64,000 nucleotides of DNA from Macrostomum hystrix (lineage: Eukaryota > Animalia > Platyhelminthes), in contig CATNEN010000001.1 in assembly GCA_950097015.1 (NCBI GenBank), positions 20,274,001 through 20,338,000 of the forward strand, read 5' to 3'. The notes under the pieces were generated by a model that searched no databases, was not told where the DNA came from, and worked only from the letters and a program-made list of their open reading frames with translations. Of this stretch, positions 1 to 12,865 are shown piece after piece. The position numbers were made by a program, and so were the translations under genes. How positions within the stretch are numbered: the stretch's first letter is position 1; each line of letters starts with the position of its first letter.

Positions 1-28
1 CGAAGGCTGCGGCTGCTGCGGACTGCGG
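1..28 (-). CDS. Possible next exon of the protocadherin (runs off the window)
   Basis: Minus-strand acceptor cacAG at 30-29, followed by GC-rich sequence that is open in phase 1 (AAVRSSRSLR). Too short to verify. Confidence 0.25.
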
Positions 29-122
29 CTGTGCGATTGATTGAGTTTAGAATTCCATCAGCTTTGATGTCGCATATTCTCATAGTCCAATAGATGTCCC
101 ATGGGGCTCTATGTCTGTCCCG

Positions 123-290
123 AAATCATCCCAATAATTCTCCCTAAATCATCCTCATAATTCTCCCTAAATCATCCACCTTATTCTCCCTAAATCATCC
201 TCATAATTCTCCCTAAATCATCCTCATAATTCTCCCTAAATCATCCTCATAATTCTCCCTAAATCATCCTCATAATTGTCCCGAAATCAA
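123..290. repeat. 23-bp minisatellite (CTCCCTAAATCATCCTCATAATT)
   Basis: About 7 tandem copies. Confidence 0.9.
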
Positions 291-695
291 CCAACGAGTC
301 ATCTCATTATTATCTAAAAATTCGCCCAAACCAATCAACGAAATGACCCCAATTCTTTGCCCCAAACTGGATAAACTACGAGTATAATCTCAAACAGAAA
401 CGTGATTGGCCAATTGCTTGTACACATCAGTCACAACTAGCTCACCGATTTAACCAGCAGGGTCCTGTCAACTCCGATCTGCTGGGGCAGTGAGATGTCC
501 TTGCCTGACACAATGGCCTGGCGCAGCCGTTTGTCAGCTGGGCGAGAGGAGGTGAGGTAACAATATTTAATTTTCACACACAGTGAAGTACATAGTTGCT
601 AGATAGATTAAGAATGAAACCAAATAATCGATACTCGATCGATACCAACGAGAGCCAATCCTGTCCATTCTACACACACGCACACATCCACACAA

Positions 696-888
696 GGGGC
701 TGTAGCCAACTGGTTAGAGCGACTTGAAGGTCGGGGGTTCGATTCCCGACTCAACTGGAACTATAGAAACATAACACAGCTTCAGTTAATTTAGCTATTA
801 AATTGATAATTGAGGGTGGGTGTGGCGTCACCCCCAGTCCATGGACTGTACAGCCGTACGCAGCCTTCAGATGCGCCGCGCAATAGCA
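696..888 (+). mobile_element. tRNA-derived SINE family B (degraded)
   Basis: Head GGGGCTGTAGCC..TGGTTAGAGCG..GGGGGTTCGATTCCCG; body CCCCCAGTCCATGGACTG..CAGCCTTCAGATGCGCCGCGC is shared with the other copies. Confidence 0.75.
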
Positions 889-1782
889 ATATGAAATATA
901 ATATAGTGACAGGTGTAAGTAGGCAGTTCCGAAGCAAACTTCCAGGTCAATAAGTCAATGCCCTGAGCACACGGCACCAAACAACACATGACTCAACGGA
1001 TTGAATTTCATACAAGCCATTCTATAAGCATCCTCGTACATGCCCTCAAGATAATTATCAAGGTAAGCTTCTTGTTCAAAGCAATGAGCAGGCAATTAAC
1101 TTGCCGATAAAATATACGTAATCAAGTCAAAAGGAAAAATTTGTTTTAAATGAGAGGAAAGAAATTTCTTGAAAGATTTTTTTTGCTTTCGTGCCTGAAT
1201 TCGATAATAATTGCTGCTGCTGCTGCTGTTGCTCAGAGCCTGCTCAAGCTGGGTTAGAAGGTTAGACCGCAATGCGATTTGATGTGCACAGAGAGTTGGG
1301 GACCGAGCTCACTCACTTGCAGTTCCGGCCCTGGGATTCTGCACCCCCCCCCCAACCAGCCAGAGTCCCGTCCAATCTCAATTAGCGACTTTGACGAGTC
1401 TGTTAATGAACTGGCTTTGGATTGCCATTGCGGCGAGTAAGTCCTTACAGGGAGGAGGCCGAGAGACGGAGAGACAGAGAGAGAAGAAAGTTGATTTAGT
1501 TTAACTTGGCTGCCAGACCTCACGGATCTGGCTTTGAATTTCGACTTTCTGCTTTCAGTTAGAGACTGGGATACCGGCGGTGCCCGAGCCAATTAGCTTG
1601 ATTCCTGCCTGGCCTGGACTTGGGGATACTCATCCCGCCTCTACAGCCTCCTCTCAGGCCCGCTTCAAATCAAGTGGCCTTCTAAAAGCCCTTAGTCATC
1701 TTTTAATTTGTCTAGCTTTTGTTCTGATATATCTAGAGGAAAAAAGTTTCTTAAATTATAAAACTTCCGAATGTCTAAATTC

Positions 1783-2440
1783 CCAATCCTAAAACTTCCC
1801 AATCCCAAAACTTCCCATTCCCAAAACTTCCCATTCCCAAAACTTCCCAGTCAGTCCCAAAACTTCCTAATCCCAAGACTTCCCAATCCCAAAACTTCCT
1901 AATCCAAAAACTTCCTAATCCAAAAACTTCCCAATCCCAAAACTTCAAAATCCCAGAACTTCCTAATCCAAAAACTTCCCAATCCCAAAACTTCCCAATC
2001 CCAAAACTTCCCAATCCCAAAACTTTCCAGTCCCAAAACTTCCCAGTCCCAAAACTTCCCAGTCCCAGAATTTCCCAGTCCCAAAACTTCCCAGTCCCAG
2101 AATTTCCCTGTCCCAAAACTTCCCAGTCCCAGAATTTCCCAGTCCCAAAACTTCCCAATCCCAAAACTTCCCAGTCCCAAAACTTCCCAGTCCCAAAACT
2201 TCCCAGTCCCAAAATTTCCCTGTCCCAAAACTTCTCAGTCCCAAAACTTCCCAGTCCCAAAGCTTCCCAGTCCCAAAACTTCCCAGTCCCAAAACATCCC
2301 TGTCCCAAAACTTCCCAGTCCCAAAACTTCCCAGTCCCAAAACTTCCCTGTCCCAAAACTTCCCAGTCCCAGAATTTCCCTGTCCCAAAACTTCCCAGTC
2401 CCAAAACTTCCCTGTCCCAAAACTTCCCAATCCAAAACAT
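1783..2440. repeat. 16-bp minisatellite (TCCCAAAACTTCCCAG)
   Basis: Tandem array; the source of the spurious WDWEVLG ORFs. Confidence 0.95.
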
Positions 2441-2735
2441 TCAAACATTCAACAACCTCAGCTGATAGCTAAATTTGCCTATTTTTTAGCAAACCAACTG
2501 ACAGTTCGGTCTAATGCGATGAATAATAAGGCCTTCATTCTTCTCTATCATAGCTTTCATATGAATGCGCCTTTAAAAATCAACATGGACTTGACATTGT
2601 TGCATGGAACTTTGAAACAAATAAGCAACGCTTAAAAGTTTAAACGTTTTCACGACAACTTATAGCCCAAAACTTACAGAAAAAGCTAGGAGATTTTTCT
2701 CATTTGATTCAACTGCTTCATGAAAATAATATAAT

Positions 2736-2738
2736 CAG

Positions 2739-2770
<32 letters not shown>

Positions 2771-2771
2771 A

Positions 2772-2818
<47 letters not shown>

Positions 2819-2822
2819 ACAG

Positions 2823-2854
<32 letters not shown>

Positions 2855-2873
2855 ACAGCAGCAACAGCAACAA

Positions 2874-2905
<32 letters not shown>

Positions 2906-2939
2906 ACAGCAGCAACAGCAGCAACAGCAACAACAGCAA

Positions 2940-2971
<32 letters not shown>

Positions 2972-2981
2972 ACAGCAACAA

Positions 2982-3013
<32 letters not shown>

Positions 3014-3038
3014 ACAGCAGCAACAGCAACAACAGCAA

Positions 3039-3070
<32 letters not shown>

Positions 3071-3200
3071 ACAGCAGCAACAGCAACAACAGCAACAGCA
3101 GCAGCAGCAACAGAAGCAACACCAGCAGCAGCGGCAGCAACAGCAGCAGCAGCAACAGCAGCAGCAGAAGCAGCAGCAGCAGAAGCAGCAGCAGAAGCAG

Positions 3201-3238
<38 letters not shown>

Positions 3239-3282
3239 GCAGCAGAGGCAGAAGCAGCAGCAGCAGCAGCAGCTGCAGCAGC
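2736..3282. repeat. (CAG/CAA)n trinucleotide tract, about 545 bp
   Basis: Seen directly; lies in the presumed protocadherin intron. Confidence 0.97.
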
Positions 3283-3964
3283 ACAGTTCTGTTCCGTTCC
3301 ACTCCCTCAGTTCCTCCATATTTTTCCTCTCTCCATATCTAGACTAAAACAAATAAACAAAGGTCTGGGAAGGACAGGGAAAGTTAGGAAATTTGTCGCA
3401 TGGCACAGGGAATACACTTTCACTTTACGGACTATAAGATTTTATACACCCGATACGAGGTGAACAAACTATGCGCCGTGATTTAGATTGGTCATAAAGT
3501 TGGCAATAATACTCCCACCTGCTGGCTTATTTCAATGGTCCGATTGACCAAACACACTTTTCATGCATTTATCAGTTTAGAAATTGTTGAATTTTAGTGT
3601 TTACTGGTTATTATGCTGGTGACATTCGTAGTTGTAAAGGGTAATATTTATATCCCTTCCTATCCTACTGCTGATTTCATCCCCAATTTTAACCTTCCAA
3701 TTCAGCATTTCCAGAACGAAACCGTTATAAAACTTGATTTCCTGTTGTCTCCAGCGCTTTCCTCTGTTGCTTTGTCTCTGCAGTAGTGGGTTCGATTAAA
3801 AACTAGTTGAACAAGCAGAACAAAGCCGACAATTATTACTACAGACATCCCCAAATAGGTGAGTGAATTAATTAACAGGTGAAAATCATTTACAACAGAT
3901 CTGTCTCACAATTCTACCAAACAACTTTGTCTAACAAGTTTATCTAACAGTGCTGTATTATCCA

Positions 3965-4252
3965 TAATAATTTAATAATAATTGATTACACCTGCCCCGA
4001 TCGGGTCAGATGTGCAGCCGACAGCACAGCCGCAGCTATTGCGCGGCGCATCTGAAGGCTGCGTACCGCTGTTCAGTCCATGGACTGGGGGGACGCAACA
4101 CCCACCTTCAATTATCCCAGCTGATGCTGGTACCCATTTAACAGCTGGGTGAACTGAAGCAGTTCAGAGTTAGGTGTCATTTTCCAGTGGAGTTGGGAAT
4201 CGAACCCCGACCTTCAATTCGTGAGTTCTTTAACCACTAGGCTAAAATCCCT
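3965..4252 (-). mobile_element. SINE family B (CORE-like)
   Basis: A/B-box head and CORE-like GCTTCAGTTCACCCAGCTGTTAAATGGGTACC; the 3' end is GGTGTAATCAA plus an AT-rich (TAT) tail. Confidence 0.8.
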
Positions 4253-5226
4253 ACTATGCAAATATTGAGCAAAGTTATTCTAATGCTTGGATTAAATTTT
4301 TTTACTTTATACCGTGACTCAGACATTCAAACCCTTGCAAAAGTTTTGTGAGAAATTCAAAATCCCTTGAAAATCTTTAACAATCAAACGTAGGCTCGAA
4401 CAAACTGTAGAATAAGAACTAAAAACTAGACGTCTTTTCTAGAAGACAATTCCTAGAAATTAAGTTGTTTTTAATTTCCCTTCAAACGAACACATTCAAC
4501 AAAGACTTCTGTGTCCCAAATCCGCTTCTTAGTTTTTTCAAAACTGGGATTTTTTTCTCTCTACCGCTCGCTCTCGATCGTGACTTTGGGATCAGGAAAC
4601 GCTTTATAGTTTCAAATATCCCACTTTCCCAATAAAATCTCTTTCTTCTTCTCTTCCGCGCGTAACCAAAAAACACACTCCACCATAATCCCACTAGGCC
4701 ATTGTGCTTTAACTGCTTCATAGAAAAAATAGTGGGAAATTAAAGAGTATTAGAACTGTACCCTGGCAATTTTTTTAATACTTCTACCAAATCAAGGCTT
4801 TGGTCACGTTCCTCAGACAATTCATTCTGTTATTCAAACTGGATCTCTCTGCCGTTTGGCTGAACGACTGCCTTCCAACCAATCAGTGTGTGTTGTGTGT
4901 GTTCCCAGCGGCTTTGGAAATGACAGGAATTCGAAAATGATGATGATGACACTGACATCGAACGTGACGTGCCTTTAGCAAGTCAAGCGATGGAAATGTC
5001 TGCTAAATCTCTAGTGCCTTTTTCTCTCTAGAAAAGAAGATCTAAACCCAATGTCACGTTGGTGATGGGATCGAGACCACCCAGGGGAAGCATTTCATAT
5101 TTTTGAGATTTTTAAATCACTCTGAAATACAACAATTTTAATGGCTTTGCATAAAATCAACTGGCTTATGCCGTGTTTGTTTGTTTCTGTGAATTTTGTT
5201 AATACCTCGATTTTTTTATTACCATA

Positions 5227-5353
5227 ATTGCAGGAGAGCCTCGGGCAATGGCACATCGTTTTGGTAACATCAGACCCGCAGCCAGCGAGGAGGCAATTCT
5301 GTCCATTCCGCTGACTCCTGAGCACACACGCGCACAGATACCGTACGCAGGCA
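5227..5353 (-). mobile_element. SINE family A, 3' fragment
   Basis: Reverse complement matches the 3' part of 17834-18180 (CTCAGGAGTCAG..GAATTGCCTCCTCGCTGG). Confidence 0.7.
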
Positions 5354-5635
5354 TTTCTGTATTTTTTTTTATCTTGAAAATATTTTGTCGAATCTCATGA
5401 TTCTCAACTGCTCTCAAATATGCATAATAAATATTAATCCCAGCCCCAACGAACTGCTCTAATTTATTCTCCGACTAAGAAAGGCACTACGCTGAGTTAG
5501 TCCTGGCTAATTCAAAAAATCTCTGGCTTTTAAATATGGCCAAGGTCTCCTATTTGGGTCAGTGCTTTTGTGTAGGCAGTAAAAAAACTTGTTTGGATTT
5601 TTCATCCTAAAACAGCAGCAACAGCAGCAGCTCAC

Positions 5636-8336
5636 CTGCAGCCTTAGCGCTTCCGTTGCGGCGTGCGGTTGAAGTCATTCCGGGGCCGGACAAGTTGGCC
5701 TTCCGCCTGAGCAGGCAGACAGCAAACACCAGCACCATAACTAGCACCCCCGTGGCTATCATCAGGCCGACGATTGCCGTCAGACTTGTCGCCTCCGAGT
5801 CACTGTCTGCGTGGGACCTGCCACCGCCAGCTCCGCTGACACCGCCGCGGCGACCGCTGCCGCCGCCGCCGCTGCCATCGCCGCCAGCGCCTCCGCTTCC
5901 ACCGCCGGAGGCGCTGACGCCCGTATCTGGCGGCCCGTCGCTCACGGACACCAGCAGGACTCGCATGGAGCTGCGCCTCGGCGAGCCAGCGTCGCTAGCC
6001 GTGACCTTCAGCGCCAGATTGCTCCGCCGACAGTCCAGCGGTCGCACCAGCAGGAGGTGGCCGAGACGCGGGTCAAGGCCGAAGCCCGCCTGCCAGCCAT
6101 CCTCGGTCATGTTGTAGCTGACGCTGCCGTTCTCAGCCTCGTCCGGATCTGTTGCAGTCAGCGCTGCCACCACCGAGTTCGTTGGCTCGCGGCAGGAAAC
6201 ATTCACTACGTTGCTGCCGCCTCCGGGAAACACGAAGCTCGGCGCGTTGTCGTTGACATCAAGCAGGCGAATAGGCACGAGCTCCCAGCGAGACTGTCGA
6301 CGCGGTCGGCCCCAGTCGTGCGCTGTGACGTTGATGTCCAGCACGGGCGTCTGCTCCCTGTCAAGCCGGTTGGTCCTGGTGAAGACGCTGCCATCGGGTC
6401 TGATTTCAAAATGCGGGCTTGGTGGTAGGATCGCATAACCGACTCGTCCGTTCTCGCCAATGTCAGCGTCTACAGCGGTCAATCTGCCAACGAATGTGCC
6501 AGCTGGCGAGTTCTCCAGCACGCTGAGGTCGTGACGCCCAGTCCACTCTGGCCAATGATCGTTGATATCGCGCACAATGAGCTCGACGCTGGCATTCGCC
6601 CAGTGCCGCCCATCAGTGGCTCGCACCTGGAATCTGTAGCGGTCGCGACTTTCTCGATCGAATCTCTGCCGGGAGCGGAGAACTCCGTCGGCCTCGCCGA
6701 TGCTGACAAGACGATCGCCGTCGGCGTCCACTGAGTAGGTGAGCTGACCCGCGTGGTCGGGGTCGCGAGCCGCCACCCGGCCGATGTGGCTGCCGGGCTC
6801 CAGCTCCTCGTCGAACTCCATGCTGTAGGCCGGCAGTTCGAACTCCGGCTGGCTGTCGTTCTCGTCCAGCACGGCGACCCGGAGCTGCTGGCTGGCGGTG
6901 CGCGACGGCCTACCGGCGTCGTAGCAGAGCACCGTGTTGATCAGCTGGCGCTCTCGCTCGCGATCCAGCTCCGCCAGCGTCACTAGCTGGTAGACGGAGA
7001 TTGTCTCCAGGCTCTGCTGAAGGTTGAGCGCCAGCTGACTGCTGTCTGTGAGGTGGCACGTGACGCGGCTGTTGTCCCCGGAGTCGCGGTCCGTGGCCAT
7101 CACGTAGCCGACGAGCTCGCCGGCGCGTCGATTTTCCATGACGGTGAGAGGCGGGTTGACGGACGCCATGCCGCCGGCCGTTGCGATGCCGTTGACCTGG
7201 ATGCTCGGCGTCTCGTCATTCTCGTCCAGCAGGCGGACTGTGATGAGAGCCTCGGCTTGCTTGGCCGGGAAGCCCTGGTCGCGAGCGATCACCGGCAGGC
7301 GAAACACTCGGTGACGTTCGTAGTCGAGTCGGGCGCCTCGGCCGACCCTCAGTTGGCCGGTGCCGGCGTCCAGATCGAAGCTCTGCAGCGCCAGGCTGTC
7401 CGTCTGGGCCTCGTTGAACCGGTAGACGATGCGACCGTTTTGACCCTCATCAGCGTCGGTTGCACGCAGCTGCGTCACCAGGTGTCCAGCCGGGGCGGCC
7501 TCGGACACGTTGAACTCCAGCTGGGTGCTGGCGGCCCACACCGGCTGGTTGTCATTCTCGTCGCGAACGCTGACGGTGAAGGTCAGGCAGCCGGTCTTGG
7601 GCGGATCGCCGGCATCGGTGGCAATCAGCACCAGCCGGTAGGAGCTGCGAGTTTCGCGGTCCAGCGGCTGCCTGAGCAGCAGGCTGACTCGGACCGGCTC
7701 CGCGGCGTCCTTAGCCGACAGTCGCCGAGGCTCAACGTCGAAAACATCGAGCGCAGCCGCGTCATCAGGTGCCGAGTCGGTGGGCGCTGCCAGGCGGAGC
7801 TCCCGCAGGCCGAATCTCGGCGAGTCGCGGTCCCGCACCAGGAACGGCAGGCTGACGCTGGTCTGGTTGACTTCGGCCAGTTCGCTGATCTCAACCTGCC
7901 TGTTAACCACTTGGAACTCCGGCTCGTGATTGTTCCGCGCCTGCAGTTCAACGCGCAGCGTCAGCAGCTGAGCCGGCCTGCCGCGGAACTGCACGTGCGC
8001 CATGACGGAGAACTCGCAGGTCGACTGGCAGGGCCGCCCGGTGGCTCGGGCGATGGTGTCGCGATCGATCTGTCGGTTGGTGGTCACAGCGCCGGTACGG
8101 GGGTCCAGGCTGACGAGGAGGCCGTTGCTGCTGTCGCTCAGCATTGCGAAGCGCTCGATGTCTCCCAGCTGACTGGCCAGCCTGTTAGCCAGGCTCACCA
8201 CCAGAGTGCCCGCCGGAGCTCCTTCGGGCAGGTCCACCGCCACATCTGGCGCCGGCGAGTCGGCTGCGTTTGTCAGCTGGCCGACAATGCACAGCAACAG
8301 CAGCAGCAGCAGCAGCAGTGAAGTGCAATGAGACAT
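5636..8336 (-). CDS. Protocadherin (delta-like, 7 cadherin repeats); large first coding exon carrying signal peptide, ectodomain and TM
   Basis: ORF 5607..8336 has a hydrophobic signal peptide and seven EC repeats with LDRE/DxD/DxNDNxPxF-type motifs (ARNNHEPEF, DENDNQPVW, DENDETPSI, DENDSQPEF, DINDHWPEW, DVNDNAPSF). These are followed by a Gly-rich linker and the TM AIVGLMIATGVLVMVLVFAVCLL-RRK. A splice donor CAG|GTGAG lies at 5636/5635 (phase 1), so the cytoplasmic tail is encoded downstream, toward or beyond position 1. Confidence 0.93.
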
Positions 8337-8640
8337 GGCCTCGCTCAGCCAGTCTGTCTGTTCTCTGGTGGAGGCGAGTTGGGAGATGATTAATTATCAA
8401 AACCCGCAACCGACCCTCTGGTCGCGCCGGCCCCTTGTCAATCAGGCGCCTGCCAATCGCGTCTCGCCGTCTCGCCAATCATCTACTTTTCTCCTGCCTT
8501 CTCTCTCTCACCGGTGCGGAGCCACCTGTCAGTCTACTGAAGTCGTCCTGACGCTTTAGCTCTGCTCTGCTCTCCTCACAGGTTCCTAACCAACTTTCGG
8601 GTATTTCCCGGCTTCTTATTAATTCCCAATATCCCAATAA

Positions 8641-8909
8641 TGGCCGGGCATGTCATCCGCGCCGAAGCCTACTGCCCAGAGCCGCTGCAGGATGTCCTGC
8701 TGTGGACCTCGCAGGGACCGCGCAGGCGCGGCCAGGGACGTACAGCCCGCTATATTGACCGCCTTTTTGAAGACGCCCGAGCACCCAGCCAGGCGGCAGG
8801 CGTGAAGCACGTCAGAGACCTGGCACTGAAACGCGCGTTTTGACGCTCCCCCCTCTTGGCCACTTCTGTGGTCGGCGTGGAGTGTAACTATTATTATTAT
8901 TATTATTAT
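8641..8909 (+). mobile_element. 5'-truncated non-LTR retrotransposon (RTE-like LINE) 3' end
   Basis: Peptide AGHVIRAEAYCPEPLQDVLLW..GPRRRGQGRTARYID resembles an RTE ORF2 C-terminus. It has a short 3' UTR, a (TAT)n tail, and TSD TATCCCAATAA at 8630-8640 and 8907-8917. Confidence 0.75.
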
Positions 8910-9459
8910 CCCAATAAACTAAATTTCAAAGGCCAATTAAGAATCGAATCGTTGGTTATTTCCCTATCGATAAAGTTCCCCATAGCAGTCTTAATTGACA
9001 AGCTGAATTAGACGTAACACACTTGGAAACTTCCTAAACTGTGTCTGCAATTCCAATGGCATGTTTTAACTTTGAGTACAAGCTGAATACAAGTTTGAGT
9101 ACCAGTCAGTTAAAATGCGACTCACTTTAACTCCCATGTGGGAAATTCTAACAGCTGTCACTGCGCGACTGGGGGGAACTGAGGAAATGCTGAAAAAATG
9201 CCACAGTTGGACTAAACAGAATCCCAGCTTTGTAAAGCATTATCCCAGAGTTAATACTCGTACCAATTATCCCAAAATCTTGAATATAAAAAAGTTGAGG
9301 TCGGGCTAGAAGTTAGAATTCGAGTTACTCTAATTAGATGACTGATTTATCTAATCTAAAAAATCTTCATGCGAAAAAGTCTTTTAAGTAGAATTATAAC
9401 ACAACTTCAAATCATAGCACGATTCGAGCTTTAACAAAACTCGAGTTGAAACAAAACGT

Positions 9460-10070
9460 CTTTATAAAAAAACTCGAAATATAACAAAACTCGAAAAATA
9501 ACAAAAACTCGAATAATAATAAAACTCGAATAATATCAAAACTCGAAAAATACCAAAGCTCGAAATATAACAAAACTCGAAAAATAACAAAGCTCGAAAT
9601 ATAACAAAGCTCGAAATATAACAAAACTCGAAATATAACAAAACTCGAAATATAACAAAACTCGAAGTATAACAAAACTCGAAATATAACAAAACTCGAA
9701 ATATAACAAAACTCTAAGTATAACAGAACTCAAAATATAAAAAACTAGAAATACAAGTATAACAAAACTCTAAATATAAAAAACTAGAAATATAACAAAA
9801 CTCGAAATATAAAAAACTAGAAATATAACAAAACTCGAAATATAAAAAACTAGAAATATAACAAAACTCGAAATATAAAAAACTAAAAATATAACAAAAC
9901 TAGAAATATAACAAAACTCGAAATATAACAGAGCTCGAAATATAACAAAACACGAAATACGAGTATAATTAAACTTGAAATACGAGTATAACAAAACTCT
10001 AATAATAACAAAACTCGAATAATATCAAAACTCTAAATATAACATAACTCGAAATATAAGAAAACTCGAG
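9460..10070. repeat. 17-bp minisatellite (ATAACAAAACTCGAAAT)
   Basis: Tandem array. Confidence 0.93.
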
Positions 10071-11074
10071 TTATCCGAGCGTAGCAAAACGTGGATAATA
10101 AAACTTAAAAAAAAGTTCTATTTATAACAAAACACGAATCCGAACAAAGTTTTACTTTGTAGCGTATTGTAATTAACAAATATAAATTATCTAATTCTCC
10201 GTTAATATTTCTATATTTTGTTAAGACTAATGAATTCTCGTATATTCGAATTGTATCGTTGAAAAGGAAAAAGAAAGATTAACAGGCAAGATTGCTCCTT
10301 AAATGACAAATAGGTAACTGAGAGGTGTCCAGTTCACTCAAGCTATCAATCAGTCCGCATCCCCTGCAATCGATACCTCTGCGGGAAGAGCGGTTGCGCA
10401 ACACACCCACCGCTTGGGATGCTCATGCAGTTGCTCAAAGCGCAATAGGGATGAATAGTTAAGATAGGAAATCTATTCCCATCTGGATTAGTAAATCCGA
10501 TCCGGAAAGTCCCGGGGTGGCTTGTCTACAGCAGATGAAGAAGAGAGACTGGGGGGTTGTAAGGAGCGACTCAGCCGAATGAATAATTAATTATCGCTGC
10601 CCGTACTGAGGAAAGGGGATTATTCTCCTCGCTGACACCCCCGGCCTCTTGTCTCTAACCCTGCCCTTCCTTCTCCCAACTGCCAAGGGGTTCTCAGCTC
10701 AGCTTGATTGAAGAGGAAAATGGTTAAGGAGGCGGCAATTCTCAATCTGTCGCCGGGTGGAGTGGGGTGGGTGGTCGGGACTCGGGAAAATTCCCCCGGG
10801 ATTGTCGAGGCAAGGAATTTGTTATAATATCTGGGAAGATGTCGGCGACTTGGCGGCGACTCAGCATAGACAAACAGACCGCGAGTGACCCGGGCCCATG
10901 GAATCTCGACTTCTCAATGAGATTGGCGTCTCAATTTGGATTTTCAGACTGCCACCAGAGAGAGTTGGAGAGTGAAGAAAAGGTCAAATAGAATTCTGTG
11001 AAGTTTCTGAAGTTCCTAGACTTTCTTTCTGCCTTTATTCATGTTGCTTATATCCCTTCCTCAAGTTTCCTGCC

Positions 11075-11470
11075 ATTCCTGAAGTTTCCTAGCCTCCCTG
11101 AACTTTCCTACCATTCCTGAAGTTTCCTAGCTTCCCTGAACTTTTCTACCATTCCTGAAGTTTCCTAGCCTCCCTGAACTTTCCTACCATTCCTGAAGTT
11201 TCCTAGCCTCCCTGAACTTTTCTACCATTCCTGAAGTTTCCTAGCCTCCCTGAACTTTCCTACCATTCCTGAAATTTCCTAGCCTCCCTGAACTTTTCTA
11301 CCATTCCTGAAGTTTCCTAGCCTCCCTGAACTTTTCTACCATTCCTGAAGTTTCCTGGCCTCCCTGAACTTTTCTACCATTCCTGAAATTTCCTGGCCTC
11401 CCTGAAGTTTCCTACCATTGCTGAAGTTTCCTACCCTCACTGAACTTTCTCATCCTCACTGAAGTTTTCT
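11075..11470. repeat. 38-bp minisatellite (dimer of ~19-bp CCTGAA.TTTCCTA units)
   Basis: Tandem array. Confidence 0.92.
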
Positions 11471-12159
11471 GTTTCCTTCTAAGTTGACCATTTCTTAATC
11501 TATTAATACGTTTTAAATTACAACTTAATAGCAACTAAGAATCGAATTAATAACTGCCATGCATTGTGGCTTCGCAAATAATAAAAAATTCAATTTCAAT
11601 GCAACCGCATTGTAAATATTTACTAAGAAAATAGAATATTTTTTACTTACAAGCTTTCTGACTTAAAGGGTTTCGAATTCAGCTGATCTTTTGTTTTAAC
11701 GCTGTTTAAAACTTTTTTTCTTAGAAAGAAAACAGAAAGCTTCGCTCTGGTTTGTCTTCCAAGAACAAGAAGCTAAAATGACGGCACTATCATTTGTTAA
11801 GGGGGCTTCGATTCAGTCTGATTTTCCAATTCGTCCCATGATTGGTCAGTACCAATTTTAGACTCCGCATGCTATTGGCTGTGGGACTTCTGAAAAACAA
11901 AGGATTTCCCTGCCCCAGGGAAATGGTCAAGCGAAATGTTTTTTTTTCGGAAAATAAAAGACTTTTCTTTTAAAAAGTATGACTTCTTTGGAACTTTATC
12001 TCGGAAACTAACGGTTAAAAATAACTACTAGAAACACTATTAACTATGAAGACTATCGATTAAATAAAAAAACGATTCAAGAAACTAACGATTTTGAGAA
12101 AAATTTAACGATTCAGAGACAAATGGTTCTAAAAGCTAAAGATTCGGAAACAACGATTA

Positions 12160-12865
12160 CTGAGCTAACGATTTCAGAAACTCAAAATTTCGTACAATTT
12201 AACGGTTCTAAAACTAACGATTTCAGAAACTTCTCATAGTCTCTAAAACTAACGATTTCAGAAACTCATAATGTCGTAAAACTAACAGTGCTAAAACTAA
12301 CGATTTCAGAAACTCAAAATTTCGTACAATTTAACGGTTCTAAAACTAACGATTTCAGAAACTTCTCATAGTCTCTAAAACTAACGATTTCAGAAACTCA
12401 TATTGTCGTAAAACTAACGGTTCTAAAACTAACGATTTCAGAAACTCAAAATTTCGTACAAATTAACGGTTCTAAAACTAACGATTTCAGAAACTCATAA
12501 TGTCGTAAAACTAATGGTTCTAAAACTAACGATTTCAGAAACTCATAATGTCGTAAAACTAACGGTTCTAAAACTAACGATTTCAGAAACTCAAAATTTC
12601 GTACAATTTAACGGTTCTAAAACTAACGATTTCAGAAACTCATAATGTCGTAAAACTAACAGTGCTAAAACTAACGATTTCAGAAACTCAAAATTTCGTA
12701 CAATTTAACGGTTCTAAAACTAACGATTTCAGAAACTTCTCATAGTCTCTAAAACTAACGATTTCAGAAACTCATAATGTCGTAAAACTAACGGTTCTAA
12801 AACTAACGATTTCAGAAACTCATAGTTTCCAAAACTAACGATTTCAGGAACTTATAACTTCGTAA
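12160..12865. repeat. Compound/higher-order minisatellite with constant CTAAAACTAACGATTTCAGAAACT
   Basis: A constant 24-mer alternates with three recurring linker variants. Confidence 0.9.

Noticed and set aside
696-760. tRNA genes at SINE heads
   Set aside because: A/B boxes are present but there is no intact cloverleaf, and each continues into a shared SINE body.
2704-3342. Poly-Ser, poly-Leu and poly-Cys ORFs
   Set aside because: These are translations of a CAG/CAA microsatellite; no splice or domain support for coding.
5656-8321. Plus-strand ORFs overlapping the protocadherin, and antisense ORFs over Gypsy pol
   Set aside because: Shadow ORFs of GC-rich coding sequence with no recognisable motifs.
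12160-12865. CRISPR-like repeat/spacer array
   Set aside because: The spacers recur and are themselves degenerate repeat units; eukaryotic context with no cas genes.
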